Shown here: in pieces, positions 16,857 through 25,209 of the stretch
How the letters are laid out: the number at the start of each line of letters is the position of its first letter
Numbering within the stretch: the stretch's first letter is position 1
Assembly: GCA_016183425.1 (NCBI GenBank)
Contig: JACPEP010000008.1
Location: 21,048 to 85,047 of the forward strand
Direction of reading: 5' to 3'
DNA: 64,000 bases
From: Chloroflexota bacterium
GTDB taxonomy: Bacteria; Chloroflexota; Dehalococcoidia; JACPEP01
Program-made: the position numbers and the translations under genes
Notes under the pieces: generated by a model
Database searches by the model: none
What the model was told of the DNA's origin: nothing
The model's input: only the letters and a program-made list of their open reading frames with translations

Positions 16857-17742
16857 GGGTCATCTCTCCTAATTGGGGATGGGTGATGTACTCCACGCGG
16901 CCGTCGCCGTGGATGCGGGCTTTGGAGTAGCGCGCCGCCCAGCAGTAAAGGGCCACGGCGATGGGGAAGACGGCGGAGTGGGTTCCTGCCACCTCCATAT
17001 GAAGGCCCAGGCAGGTGGTGTCTCCTCCTACTCCCAAAGGCCCGATGCCCAGCTTGTTTACAGCTTGAAAGAGCTTCTTCTCCAGGGCCGCCACCTGGGG
17101 GTCGGGGTGGCGGGAGTTCAGAGGAGAGCGAAAGATGGCCCGTCGCGCCAGCGCCTCGGTATAGTCCACCCCGAATCCCCCCACCGCCACGCCGACGATG
17201 TTGGGGGTGCAGCTCTCGCCCCCCACCATGGCCACGGCGTCGACGACCGTCTTGAGGATGGTTTCCTCTCTGGGGGCACCGGGTATGGGCACCACGCAAG
17301 ACCACTTCAGCTCCGCCCCACCCCCCTTGGGGATGGCGGTAATGTCCAGATGGTCAACCCCGTCTTCATAGTCGAAAAAGATAGCGGGCATCCCCCATCC
17401 CACATTGGTGCCCGGGTTCTCGCCGGTGAGGGGATGGGTCACCTGCTGTCTCAAGGGCGTTTTTTGAGTGGCCCGTACCGTGGCCCGATGGATGGCTTCT
17501 CTGAGATTGCCCTGGATGGGCAACTGGGAGCCTAAAGTTATGTAGTACACCGGCACCCCGGTATCCTGGCAGATGGGCAGGCGGCGCTCTCGGGCGATGC
17601 GCAGGTTCTCCAGGATGGCCTTGAAGTAGGCCCGGGCCTTGGGCTGGGACTCCCGCTCAGAGGCCGCCCCCAGGGCTACCTCTACCTCCGGGGGCAGCTC
17701 AATGGAGGCGTAGCTCAGGAGCCTACAGCAGACCTCTTCCAC
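16849..17742 (-). CDS. Fe-S hydro-lyase alpha subunit (class I fumarase/tartrate dehydratase alpha)
   Basis: ICQDTGVPVYYITLG and the cysteine ligands. It overlaps the beta gene by 8 bp. Confidence 0.7.
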   Translation of the reverse strand: MEEVCCRLLSYASIELPPEVEVALGAASERESQPKARAYFKAILENLRIARERRLPICQDTGVPVYYITLGSQLPIQGNLREAIHRATVRATQKTPLRQQVTHPLTGENPGTNVGWGMPAIFFDYEDGVDHLDITAIPKGGGAELKWSCVVPIPGAPREETILKTVVDAVAMVGGESCTPNIVGVAVGGFGVDYTEALARRAIFRSPLNSRHPDPQVAALEKKLFQAVNKLGIGPLGVGGDTTCLGLHMEVAGTHSAVFPIAVALYCWAARYSKARIHGDGRVEYITHPQLGEMTHD

Positions 17743-17791
17743 CAGGCTGGCCGATATGTGGCTAATGGTATCTCTCCTTTATCTTTGTCTG

Positions 17792-18210
17792 TTAGCTAAA
17801 AGGAAGAGGAAGCTGTGTCCCCTTCATTTCTTGAACAAATTTTTCTGCCGTTAGACATCTTACTCCCAAAGATTCCGCCTCTCTCGTAGCTGCTTTATCA
17901 TCAGTAACCAAGGTGCCTTTTCGGTGGTAGGCCATAGAAATAGCCTGGGCTTCACCGTCATGAACTCTTCCTTTTTGTAGCAGCCTCAAATAAAGCTGGT
18001 CTTCTTCCCCAACAAATTGTGCCTCGCTGCCTTCCCGCAGCCAACTTGCTAAGCGAGTAATCCTAGAATACCCTCTTTTCTTACCCTTAACCTCTCTGGC
18101 TACACGTGATGGGACGACAAAGTGATTTCCCGGCGGCCCAGGATGTCTTTAATATGTCTTTGGTTTTGAAGGTTGATGAGAGAAGAGGTATCGAATACAT
18201 ATGGGCCGTG
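17792..18210 (-). pseudogene. PIN-domain (DUF3368-like) toxin gene, frameshifted
   Basis: The N-part frame reads ...VFDTSSLINLQNQRHIKDILGRRE. The C-part frame reads GNHFVVPSRVAREV...RLLQKGRVHDGEAQAISMAYHRKGTLVTDDKAATREAESLGVRCLTAEKFV. The frames switch near 18120-18135. Confidence 0.5.
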
Positions 18211-18231
18211 GGGATTTGATGCATCCACCAC

Positions 18232-19365
18232 TTAGCCATTGCTCCTCGATCCACCTGGTGCTTTAATCTCTTTGTCTACCTCTTCTAAGGCTTTCCCCAC
18301 ATCCAGTTCCAGGTATTGGGCCAACTTGCCCAGGGAGATATGCCCTTCTCGATGGGCTTCAAAAGCCAGGGAAACGTACCCTTCTCCGAGGCGTCGCCGC
18401 CATCTAGGTGACTTCGACCCTCGATGGGGTCCTTGCTTTCTTTGCTCCCACTCCAATATTAGAGAGTCAATGATTCCCGCTTTAAGCAGCTCTAATTCTT
18501 TCAGTCTTATTCCTACTGCCTCTAGACTAACTCCGTAGCGATTAGCGAGCGTTCTCAATTGGTTCTCCGTAGGCACTGTGCCTGCAAGCCCCACGCGCTC
18601 ATGGAATTCCCTTTCCAGATCGGTGGCTGGCATCAGGAACACGGCGGCGAATTTGTTGGCTAATAATTCCTCCGATACCTCTACCTTCTTCAGATCGCAT
18701 ACGGTGGACGGATCGGAGCGTAAACGGTGGGCGTATTCGTGGGCTAGTGTAAAGCAACGGCGGCCGGGGTTGTCCTTAGCATTGATAAGGATGCAAGGCC
18801 CATACTCTTGATGCCACCAGGATATCCCTGCCACCTCGTTTCCTGGCACATCGAGTTCAAAGATCCTCACGCCCTGGCTAGTTAGAAGGGTACGCAAATT
18901 CTTAATCGGCCGTTCTCCCTGCTTCAAACGTTGCCTTTCGTGACTGGCCATTTCCTCAGGGCTTAAACCATTAGTCAATCTCTGAACGAGTATTTTTCTT
19001 TGCTTCCCTAAAAGGGCTTCTAATTCACTCTGAGCACGACACAATTCTTCGAAGCGAACAAGGACGTTTCGCACCCCCAAAGGTAGGTCGCTTATCCCTT
19101 TTCTCTGAACCAAACGGAAGTTGAGCTGCTCAGGCGGCGGCCTTTGGCGAAGAAAATAGTCAGTGCTACGCTGGTAAAGTTCAGCAAGCTTCCACAAGTC
19201 CTCCACCGAAGGTTGTGAGTAACCTTTCTCCCAGGCGTATAGGTCTTCAGGGTTTATCCCCAGGTCTTTCGCTGCTTCCTCTAGACCCAGCCCCAAGCTT
19301 TCTCTAGCTTGGCGAAGCTGGCTTGAGAGAATCAGTATTTTATCTACGGCGGCCACAACAATCAC
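18232..19365 (-). CDS. XRE-family HTH fused to an ImmA/IrrE-family (DUF955) Zn-metallopeptidase
   Basis: N-terminal HTH (LRQARESLGLGLEEAAKDLGINPEDLYAWEKG) and HEXXH (HEYAHRL) in the middle. Confidence 0.7.
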   Translation of the reverse strand: MIVVAAVDKILILSSQLRQARESLGLGLEEAAKDLGINPEDLYAWEKGYSQPSVEDLWKLAELYQRSTDYFLRQRPPPEQLNFRLVQRKGISDLPLGVRNVLVRFEELCRAQSELEALLGKQRKILVQRLTNGLSPEEMASHERQRLKQGERPIKNLRTLLTSQGVRIFELDVPGNEVAGISWWHQEYGPCILINAKDNPGRRCFTLAHEYAHRLRSDPSTVCDLKKVEVSEELLANKFAAVFLMPATDLEREFHERVGLAGTVPTENQLRTLANRYGVSLEAVGIRLKELELLKAGIIDSLILEWEQRKQGPHRGSKSPRWRRRLGEGYVSLAFEAHREGHISLGKLAQYLELDVGKALEEVDKEIKAPGGSRSNG

Positions 19366-19466
19366 CCACTTCGATTATGTTCCATCCAACAGTTAGATTC
19401 AATCTCTCGGATTTTAAAGCAGATTGACACCCTTTGTCACCAACTTTGGGAAGACCGCTATTTAAT

Positions 19467-20324
19467 TTAGTCTAAATCCAGCAGCCGGGCTGCGTTCCTC
19501 TGGAACATAGTTATCAGGCGCTCTTTGGGCACCCGGAAGGAGAGGAAGGTGCGGATAAAGAGGCGCATTCCCTCCACGGGGTGCGGGTTCTGGAGCTGGC
19601 CCAGGTCGGTGCCCACCACCAGCTTCTGCGGCCCCACCATCTCTATGAGACGCATCACCTCGGAGAAGCGGATGGTGAGGTTCATGATATTGGGCACGCA
19701 CCCCTGGTAGTACAGGCCGATAAGGGCCCCTCTGTCCACCATTTCCTTCTGCTCCTCCACCGTGGCCTTGGTGATGGCCAGTTGAGGATGGTCCACCACT
19801 ATCTTCTCCACCCCCATGGCCCGGGCCTCGTCGATAAGGGCCAGGCGGTCGGGGGTGGAGAGGTGGGCCAGCCCCAACACCTGGCGGTTCTCCGCCACCA
19901 GTTTGAGGACCTCCTTGGCCTCCGGCCTCAAGTGCCCGTCCTCGAAGACGGTGATGCCCGGCCCTGCCTTACCCGTGGCCCGGTGATGATGCTCTGAGTC
20001 CAGGGTGGGCATCCAAACGTACTTGCCACCGAACTTGATAGATGCTTCCACGGCGTAAGGGTTTATCCCTCCCAGGGCGCGGTTGAGAACGACGCCACCG
20101 ATGACTTTTAACGGGGTATAGCGGGCATTGTTTTGAGCCTCTCGCCACTCGTCCACCGCCCGTTGCACCAGGATGCTCCGCGCCGACGATGCTGAGTGGT
20201 GGCACTTGAAGACCAATGCCCTCATCCCTGCCTGAGAAGCCGCCCGGGCTACTTCGATCTCGTCCCATACCCGCTCGATGGTGCAGGGCATGGCGTGAAC
20301 GTGGATGTCCACCGCTCCTCGCAT
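19467..20324 (-). CDS. Amidohydrolase-family metal-dependent TIM-barrel hydrolase
   Basis: MRGAVDIHVHAMP... (HxH metal motif). I place the start at 20324 (GAGGACGA upstream), which avoids overlap with the upstream gene. The longer ORF to 20522 is probably an over-extension. Confidence 0.55.
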   Translation of the reverse strand: MRGAVDIHVHAMPCTIERVWDEIEVARAASQAGMRALVFKCHHSASSARSILVQRAVDEWREAQNNARYTPLKVIGGVVLNRALGGINPYAVEASIKFGGKYVWMPTLDSEHHHRATGKAGPGITVFEDGHLRPEAKEVLKLVAENRQVLGLAHLSTPDRLALIDEARAMGVEKIVVDHPQLAITKATVEEQKEMVDRGALIGLYYQGCVPNIMNLTIRFSEVMRLIEMVGPQKLVVGTDLGQLQNPHPVEGMRLFIRTFLSFRVPKERLITMFQRNAARLLDLD

Positions 20325-20425
20325 TATCTCGTCCTCTATCTCCTTTGAGTAGCCACAGCGGCTCCCCAGGAGTCCGTAGATATAAGCCGATTCTTGGTCT
20401 TGGGTTTCGGTCTCTTGGGCCAGGG

Positions 20426-21277
20426 TCAACTCACACCTCCTATTGGCGATGGCGCGGCAGCGTCGGCGTAGACCAGGGCTTTGGGCTTGCAGCCCCGGAC
20501 GCACAGGGGGTTTCCACCGCACAAGTCACACTTGGCGGCAAAGCCCCGCTCCATGTTGAGGAAGATGGTCTCCACCGGGCACGCTCCCAGGCATAGCCCG
20601 CAACCGATACACAGGTCACGCTGAATGTAGACGATGCCTTTCTCTTTGTATATGGCTCCCGTGGGGCAGGGGGCGATGCAAGGAGCGGGGGCGCACTGGG
20701 GGCAGGCTCCGGCCAGGGAGATTTTGTCTCCTTGAGGCCGGATGCATGCCTGGTGGAGCGGCAAGCTCTTTCCCTGAATTGTCTCCAGGTGGTCGAACTT
20801 GTTCACCGGGCACACCCGAAGACAGATGCCGCAGTTGTTGCACAGCTCTTCTCTGAAGATGAGCCCGCGAGTTTGATTCCGGTCCACCACTGCCTCTCGG
20901 TGAAGAAAAGGAGAAGGCTGAAAAATGGTCCCCCGGCGCAAAATAAAAGAGCCGGCGGTATCCTGGTATCTTTTGAGGCCGAAGTCCACCACCAGGTCCC
21001 GAATGACGGGGTGGTTGGGCAGGGGCTCCAGTACCATGCCGTCCTCCAGCTTGGTGCAGCAGGCGCGACGGACACGACCGTTTATAGCCATGAGGCAGGA
21101 GCAGCACTGGCCTCGGTTGCACTGATAACGGCGGAAGGCGGGCGGGTGCTCCACATCCCGGGCCATATAGAAAAGGGCCTGGAGCACCGTTATCTCGGAG
21201 CCGAAGGGAAGCTCATAGGTAGCGTAAGTGGCTTCCTCCCCGGGGAGGTATCGGAATACCTGAATCCGACTGGTCAT
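20426..21277 (-). CDS. Succinate dehydrogenase/fumarate reductase iron-sulfur subunit-like protein (2Fe-2S + 4Fe-4S dicluster)
   Basis: Cys clusters CxxxxCxxC....CP and CIGCGLCLGACP. Confidence 0.65.
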   Translation of the reverse strand: MTSRIQVFRYLPGEEATYATYELPFGSEITVLQALFYMARDVEHPPAFRRYQCNRGQCCSCLMAINGRVRRACCTKLEDGMVLEPLPNHPVIRDLVVDFGLKRYQDTAGSFILRRGTIFQPSPFLHREAVVDRNQTRGLIFREELCNNCGICLRVCPVNKFDHLETIQGKSLPLHQACIRPQGDKISLAGACPQCAPAPCIAPCPTGAIYKEKGIVYIQRDLCIGCGLCLGACPVETIFLNMERGFAAKCDLCGGNPLCVRGCKPKALVYADAAAPSPIGGVS

Positions 21278-23004
21278 TCCTTTACGGTAACCCTTTCCTC
21301 ATCAGGCCGCGGCGCCCGAAAGGAGACCTGCACCTTTCCTCCCTGGTTGGTAACCACGGAGTTTTGGGTCAGCTCATCCTTCAGATCAAGGAAATCGCGA
21401 CGATAGTGGCCCCCGCGGCTTTCTTCCCGGTTCAGAGCACAGGCGAACATCATCTCCGCCACCAGAAGCATGTTCCGCAGTTCCAGGGCCTCTATCCACT
21501 GATAGTTGTATCTCCGCTCTTTGTCAGTGACGGCAGGATGGCTCTTTCCCAACCCGACCACCGTCTTTTTTCCATCACTCATTCCCGCCCCGTCTCTAAT
21601 GGGGCCCAGACAGCGAAACATGGTTTCCTCCAGTTGTCCTCTGAGCCGAGCCGGAGAGTTACCGTCATTCCTGGCCTGGATAAGGGCCAAGGCGGCCTGG
21701 AAATGGGCGTGGGCGGCCTTTGTCAGCTCGGGGGTTGGAGAGACCCTGGCAGACGTCAGGCTGTGGCGGGCCGCCTCTCTACCGGCGATGTGGCCGAAGA
21801 CGAAGACCTCGGGCATGGAGTTGGCGTCCAGACGGTTGGCACCGTGACACCCCCCGGCCACCTCACCGGCGGCGTAGAGGCCGGGGAGTGTGGTCTGGGC
21901 TCGCTCATTTATGAGCACCCCGCCACAAGGAAAATGGGCGGCGGGAGCGATCTCGAACATGCCCTCATGGATATCGACCCCGAAGAGGGAGAGGTAACGC
22001 CCCACCTGCCCCCCTTGTCGGCGCAGTATCTCGGCGGGAGCCAGGCCATCCAATGGGGACAGACTGGTGCAATCCAGGTATACCCCGCCGTGCTCGCTTC
22101 CTCGTCCGGCCAGGATCTCCAGGTACATGGCCTTTGTCTTTACGTCCCGGGTGGTCATCTCCTGACGCTCCGGGTCGTACTTCTCCAGGAAGGTCTCCCC
22201 TTGGCCGTTGCGATAGCGGGCCCCGATGGCCATAAGAGTAGTATCCGCCGGCACCAAGACACAGCGGGCTGCCTCGGGGTAGAGGATGGTGTAGGGGTTG
22301 AACTGCATGAACTCCATGTCGATGAGTTGGGCTCCCGCCCGAAAGGCCATGGCCTGACCATCCCCGGTCTCCCGGGAGGAGGTGGTGCGGAAGGAGTAGA
22401 GGGCCTCGTTGCCGCCGCTGGCCAGGACCACGCCGCGGCCCAAAAGGAGAAGGGACTCCCCGTCTCGGATGTCTATGGCGCTGGCCCCCACCACCCTTCC
22501 CCCCTCCACTAGCAGATCCAAAACGAAGATGTCTTCTAGGATCCTCACCCCCCGACGGGCCATTTCTGAGGTCAGGGCGTTGAGAAGGATGCGTCCCATA
22601 TTGTCATCCAGCCAGCAGCCGCGGCGATAGGTATGGCCGGGGAGGGGGAGCTGCTCTATCTCGCCTTTCTCCGTCCGATCGAAGCGAACCCCCAGCTCTT
22701 CCAGGAATCTCACCTGTTCTGGCGCTCCATAGGCCAGGGTTCTGGCTACCGAAGCGTGGTTCAAATGGTAGCCGCCTTTCATAGTGTCCTTGAAATGCTG
22801 CTCCGGAGAGTCCTGAGAGTCTCTGGTGCCCAGGGACGCCGCCAGGCCGGGCATAGTCATGGGGGTCAGGCCGCTGCGTCCCACTGGCCCTTTGGCCACC
22901 AGGATTACCTTGGCGCCCTCGGTGGCCGCCGAAATCGCTGCCCGGCAGCCAGCGCCACCAGCCCCAATAACCAGTACATCCCCTGAGATGACCCTGGTGG
23001 TCAT
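21274..23004 (-). CDS. FAD-dependent fumarate reductase/succinate dehydrogenase flavoprotein-like (FAD_binding_2)
   Basis: DVLVIGAGGAGCRAAI dinucleotide fold, the active-site region RDVKTKA..., and a C-terminal SDH-like helical domain. Confidence 0.7.
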   Translation of the reverse strand: MTTRVISGDVLVIGAGGAGCRAAISAATEGAKVILVAKGPVGRSGLTPMTMPGLAASLGTRDSQDSPEQHFKDTMKGGYHLNHASVARTLAYGAPEQVRFLEELGVRFDRTEKGEIEQLPLPGHTYRRGCWLDDNMGRILLNALTSEMARRGVRILEDIFVLDLLVEGGRVVGASAIDIRDGESLLLLGRGVVLASGGNEALYSFRTTSSRETGDGQAMAFRAGAQLIDMEFMQFNPYTILYPEAARCVLVPADTTLMAIGARYRNGQGETFLEKYDPERQEMTTRDVKTKAMYLEILAGRGSEHGGVYLDCTSLSPLDGLAPAEILRRQGGQVGRYLSLFGVDIHEGMFEIAPAAHFPCGGVLINERAQTTLPGLYAAGEVAGGCHGANRLDANSMPEVFVFGHIAGREAARHSLTSARVSPTPELTKAAHAHFQAALALIQARNDGNSPARLRGQLEETMFRCLGPIRDGAGMSDGKKTVVGLGKSHPAVTDKERRYNYQWIEALELRNMLLVAEMMFACALNREESRGGHYRRDFLDLKDELTQNSVVTNQGGKVQVSFRAPRPDEERVTVKE

Positions 23005-23006
23005 GT

Positions 23007-23711
23007 CTACGTCGGCTCTGGACGGCCCCCCTTGAGGCGCCGTACAAAATAGTCCCAGTATTGGTCGATGAGAAACTGGTTGTATTTGGAGGGGAACATC
23101 TTCACCGCTAAGTCGTCGGGAATGGGCTCCGGTCGGCCAAAAAGGGAAGCGATGGCTTGCATCTTTACCGCTCGCTCCAGGGTGATGGCGGTGAGCACTG
23201 CCCAGGGCACGCTCCGCTCCGCCACCACGATGCCGTGATTGCGGAGAAAGATAGCTCTCCTTGTTCCCAGGGCTTGGGCGATGGAGCGTCCCTGCTCCGG
23301 AGTGGTGATGAGCTCCGGGGTATCCTCGAAGAAAGCAGCGTCGTCCACAAAGAGCACGCCGTCATGACTAATAACGTGAAGGACCCGGCTCACCGAGCTG
23401 AAGGCGGTGCAGAAGAGGGGATGAGTATGGATTACGCAGCCCACTTCGGGACGCATTTTGTAGATCTCGGTGTGGATGGGCATCTCGGAGTGGATACCCC
23501 ACTTTCCCTCCACCTGATGACCATCCATATGCATAGTTACTATATCTTCTATCTCTATCTCAGCCAGGGCCAGCCCCCGGGGCTTCGTGTATAGCAACTC
23601 GGTGCCTGGAATACGGGCGCTCATGTGGCCCAGGGTGAGGTCTTCCTGGCCTTCCGCGGCCAGAATGCGACAGCCTAGGGCGAGGGTTTCTTTAAGGTCA
23701 AACTTGGACAT
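23007..23711 (-). CDS. Class II aldolase/adducin-family protein
   Basis: HTHPLF....HGIVV and the other class-II aldolase motifs. Confidence 0.65.
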   Translation of the reverse strand: MSKFDLKETLALGCRILAAEGQEDLTLGHMSARIPGTELLYTKPRGLALAEIEIEDIVTMHMDGHQVEGKWGIHSEMPIHTEIYKMRPEVGCVIHTHPLFCTAFSSVSRVLHVISHDGVLFVDDAAFFEDTPELITTPEQGRSIAQALGTRRAIFLRNHGIVVAERSVPWAVLTAITLERAVKMQAIASLFGRPEPIPDDLAVKMFPSKYNQFLIDQYWDYFVRRLKGGRPEPT

Positions 23712-23770
23712 ACCTTCCGTATTCTAACGCTTTGTCCTTCTCTATGTCAACGGAAATGTACCGAGGATGA

Positions 23771-23860
23771 TTAATAACGGGGGTTTCAAGGGGCCCCTTG
23801 ACGGTCCGCCGTAGGCGGATGGGGACGTCCCCTCACTCGCCTTTGGCGGGGACTAATTTC
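23771..23860. repeat. Third, partial copy of the ttaataayggggg...caagggg...ccccttgacgg element, followed by further GC hairpins
   Basis: ttaataacgggggtttcaaggggccccttgacgg matches the first ~35 bp of 1624-1691 in the same orientation. It is followed by ccgcc-gtag-gcgg and ggggacgtcccc. Confidence 0.55.
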
Positions 23861-23968
23861 TAGACAGGGCGGGTGAAAGACAACACCCTCTGTATGAGAA
23901 ACCACGTTGCCCGAGAAATTATTTCAGGACAAACAGCGCAGCGCCTGGCCTGGGCACCCCAAAGGTGT

Positions 23969-24304
23969 TCAGGAGGTGATCAATTCCTTGAGAAGAGTGC
24001 GGTGGCAGTGAGACTCGTCACGGCAGCCACAGAGGAGGGTTACCGTCTCTCCCTCGGCCCTCCTGGCTACGGCGGCTATTAACTCTGTCTTGCCCTTCAT
24101 CTCCTCCCGGTAGCGGGGAGCATACTGTTCCCAGTTTATGCGTTGCCGCCGCCAATCCTCCAACAGAGCAAGACTGGGGCCCAGTTCTTTTTCCCACTCG
24201 TCCACCGCCGCCCTGGGTATACCTCGGGGCCATCGGCGCATGATCAGCAGCCGAAAGCCGTCCTGGGGCTCCCGAGGCTGATAGATAGACTTGGTCTTCA
24301 CCAT
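23969..24304 (-). CDS. DUF488-family protein
   Basis: YQPREPQDGFRLLIMRRWPRGIPRAAVDEW...TVTLLCGCRDESHCHRTLLKELI is the DUF488 pattern. Confidence 0.6.
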   Translation of the reverse strand: MVKTKSIYQPREPQDGFRLLIMRRWPRGIPRAAVDEWEKELGPSLALLEDWRRQRINWEQYAPRYREEMKGKTELIAAVARRAEGETVTLLCGCRDESHCHRTLLKELITS

Positions 24305-24388
24305 AGTGATATCCCTTTGACGGTCAGTGGTGCTATGGTAGTGAGACAGGCAGGGGAATATTCCCCTTTCCCACCGGCGACGGGTCCT

Positions 24389-24934
24389 TTATAGGGCCTG
24401 CATCTGCTGCCCCATCCGGGCCAAAACGCTGGCGTCCAGAGCTTCCTCAGCGATGGAGAAGAGGATGTAATCCTCCTTGTGGATATGTTCCCGCAACAGG
24501 CCAGTCATGTACGTGGATAGTTTCTGGACCTGGTTCACCGACTCGTTGGTGCCGTCGTCCAAGTCTGCCACCCAGATCTGGAACTCCCAGTTCTTGTTCC
24601 TCAGGTCCTGGTGCTCCTGCCGCATAACTGCGGTGGGCCCCCCCTCGGCCCCGATGACCGCTTCCAGGGATGGGAAGAGGACGTCCTCCTCTTTCCGGAG
24701 ATGAGCCTCCAGCTCGTTGACAAAGAAGGCGGCCGTACCTTTGAGACTTACGATGGCTTCTTCAAAGTGAGAGCCGCCCCCTCTGGCCAATTGCCGACAT
24801 GCCTTCTCCATTCTGTCCAGGTGTTCCAGTACCACAACGTGGTCTTGGCGCAGGGCTACCAATGGGTTGGTGTTAGTTGCTGACACTGTACCTCCTCGTC
24901 TAGAATCTATAATTTCTTGATATAAGCCACCCAC
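24389..24934 (-). CDS. Hemerythrin-like HHE cation-binding domain protein
   Basis: H..E/H...E motifs (EHLDRMEK, HLRKEEDVLFP, HIHKEDYILF). Confidence 0.6.
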   Translation of the reverse strand: MGGLYQEIIDSRRGGTVSATNTNPLVALRQDHVVVLEHLDRMEKACRQLARGGGSHFEEAIVSLKGTAAFFVNELEAHLRKEEDVLFPSLEAVIGAEGGPTAVMRQEHQDLRNKNWEFQIWVADLDDGTNESVNQVQKLSTYMTGLLREHIHKEDYILFSIAEEALDASVLARMGQQMQAL

Positions 24935-25140
24935 TCCTGAGGGCCTTTTTCTTGGGACTCCCAGCTAAACCGACTTGCACGCTCGTGCATAAACTGGTAG
25001 TGCAAGGGCCGCGGGTCATGGTCGTTTACAACGATGAGAGTGTCCCCCGGAATCAGAGCATCAAAGGCATCAAATATTTTAGGATGCCTCTCCCAGGGGG
25101 GCGTCTCACGTACATCCAGAGTAACCGTTTTCTTACTCAT
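24907..25140 (-). CDS. DUF2249-domain protein
   Basis: TLDVRETPPWERHPKIFDAFDALIPGDTLIVVNDHDPRPL is the DUF2249 signature. Confidence 0.6.
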   Translation of the reverse strand: MSKKTVTLDVRETPPWERHPKIFDAFDALIPGDTLIVVNDHDPRPLHYQFMHERASRFSWESQEKGPQEWVAYIKKL

Positions 25141-25209
25141 GGCTTACCTTCCTTTTTGCTCCATCCGGCTAAGAAAAGCACTTCCCACTTTACGGCACCA
25201 TTTTCCCCA

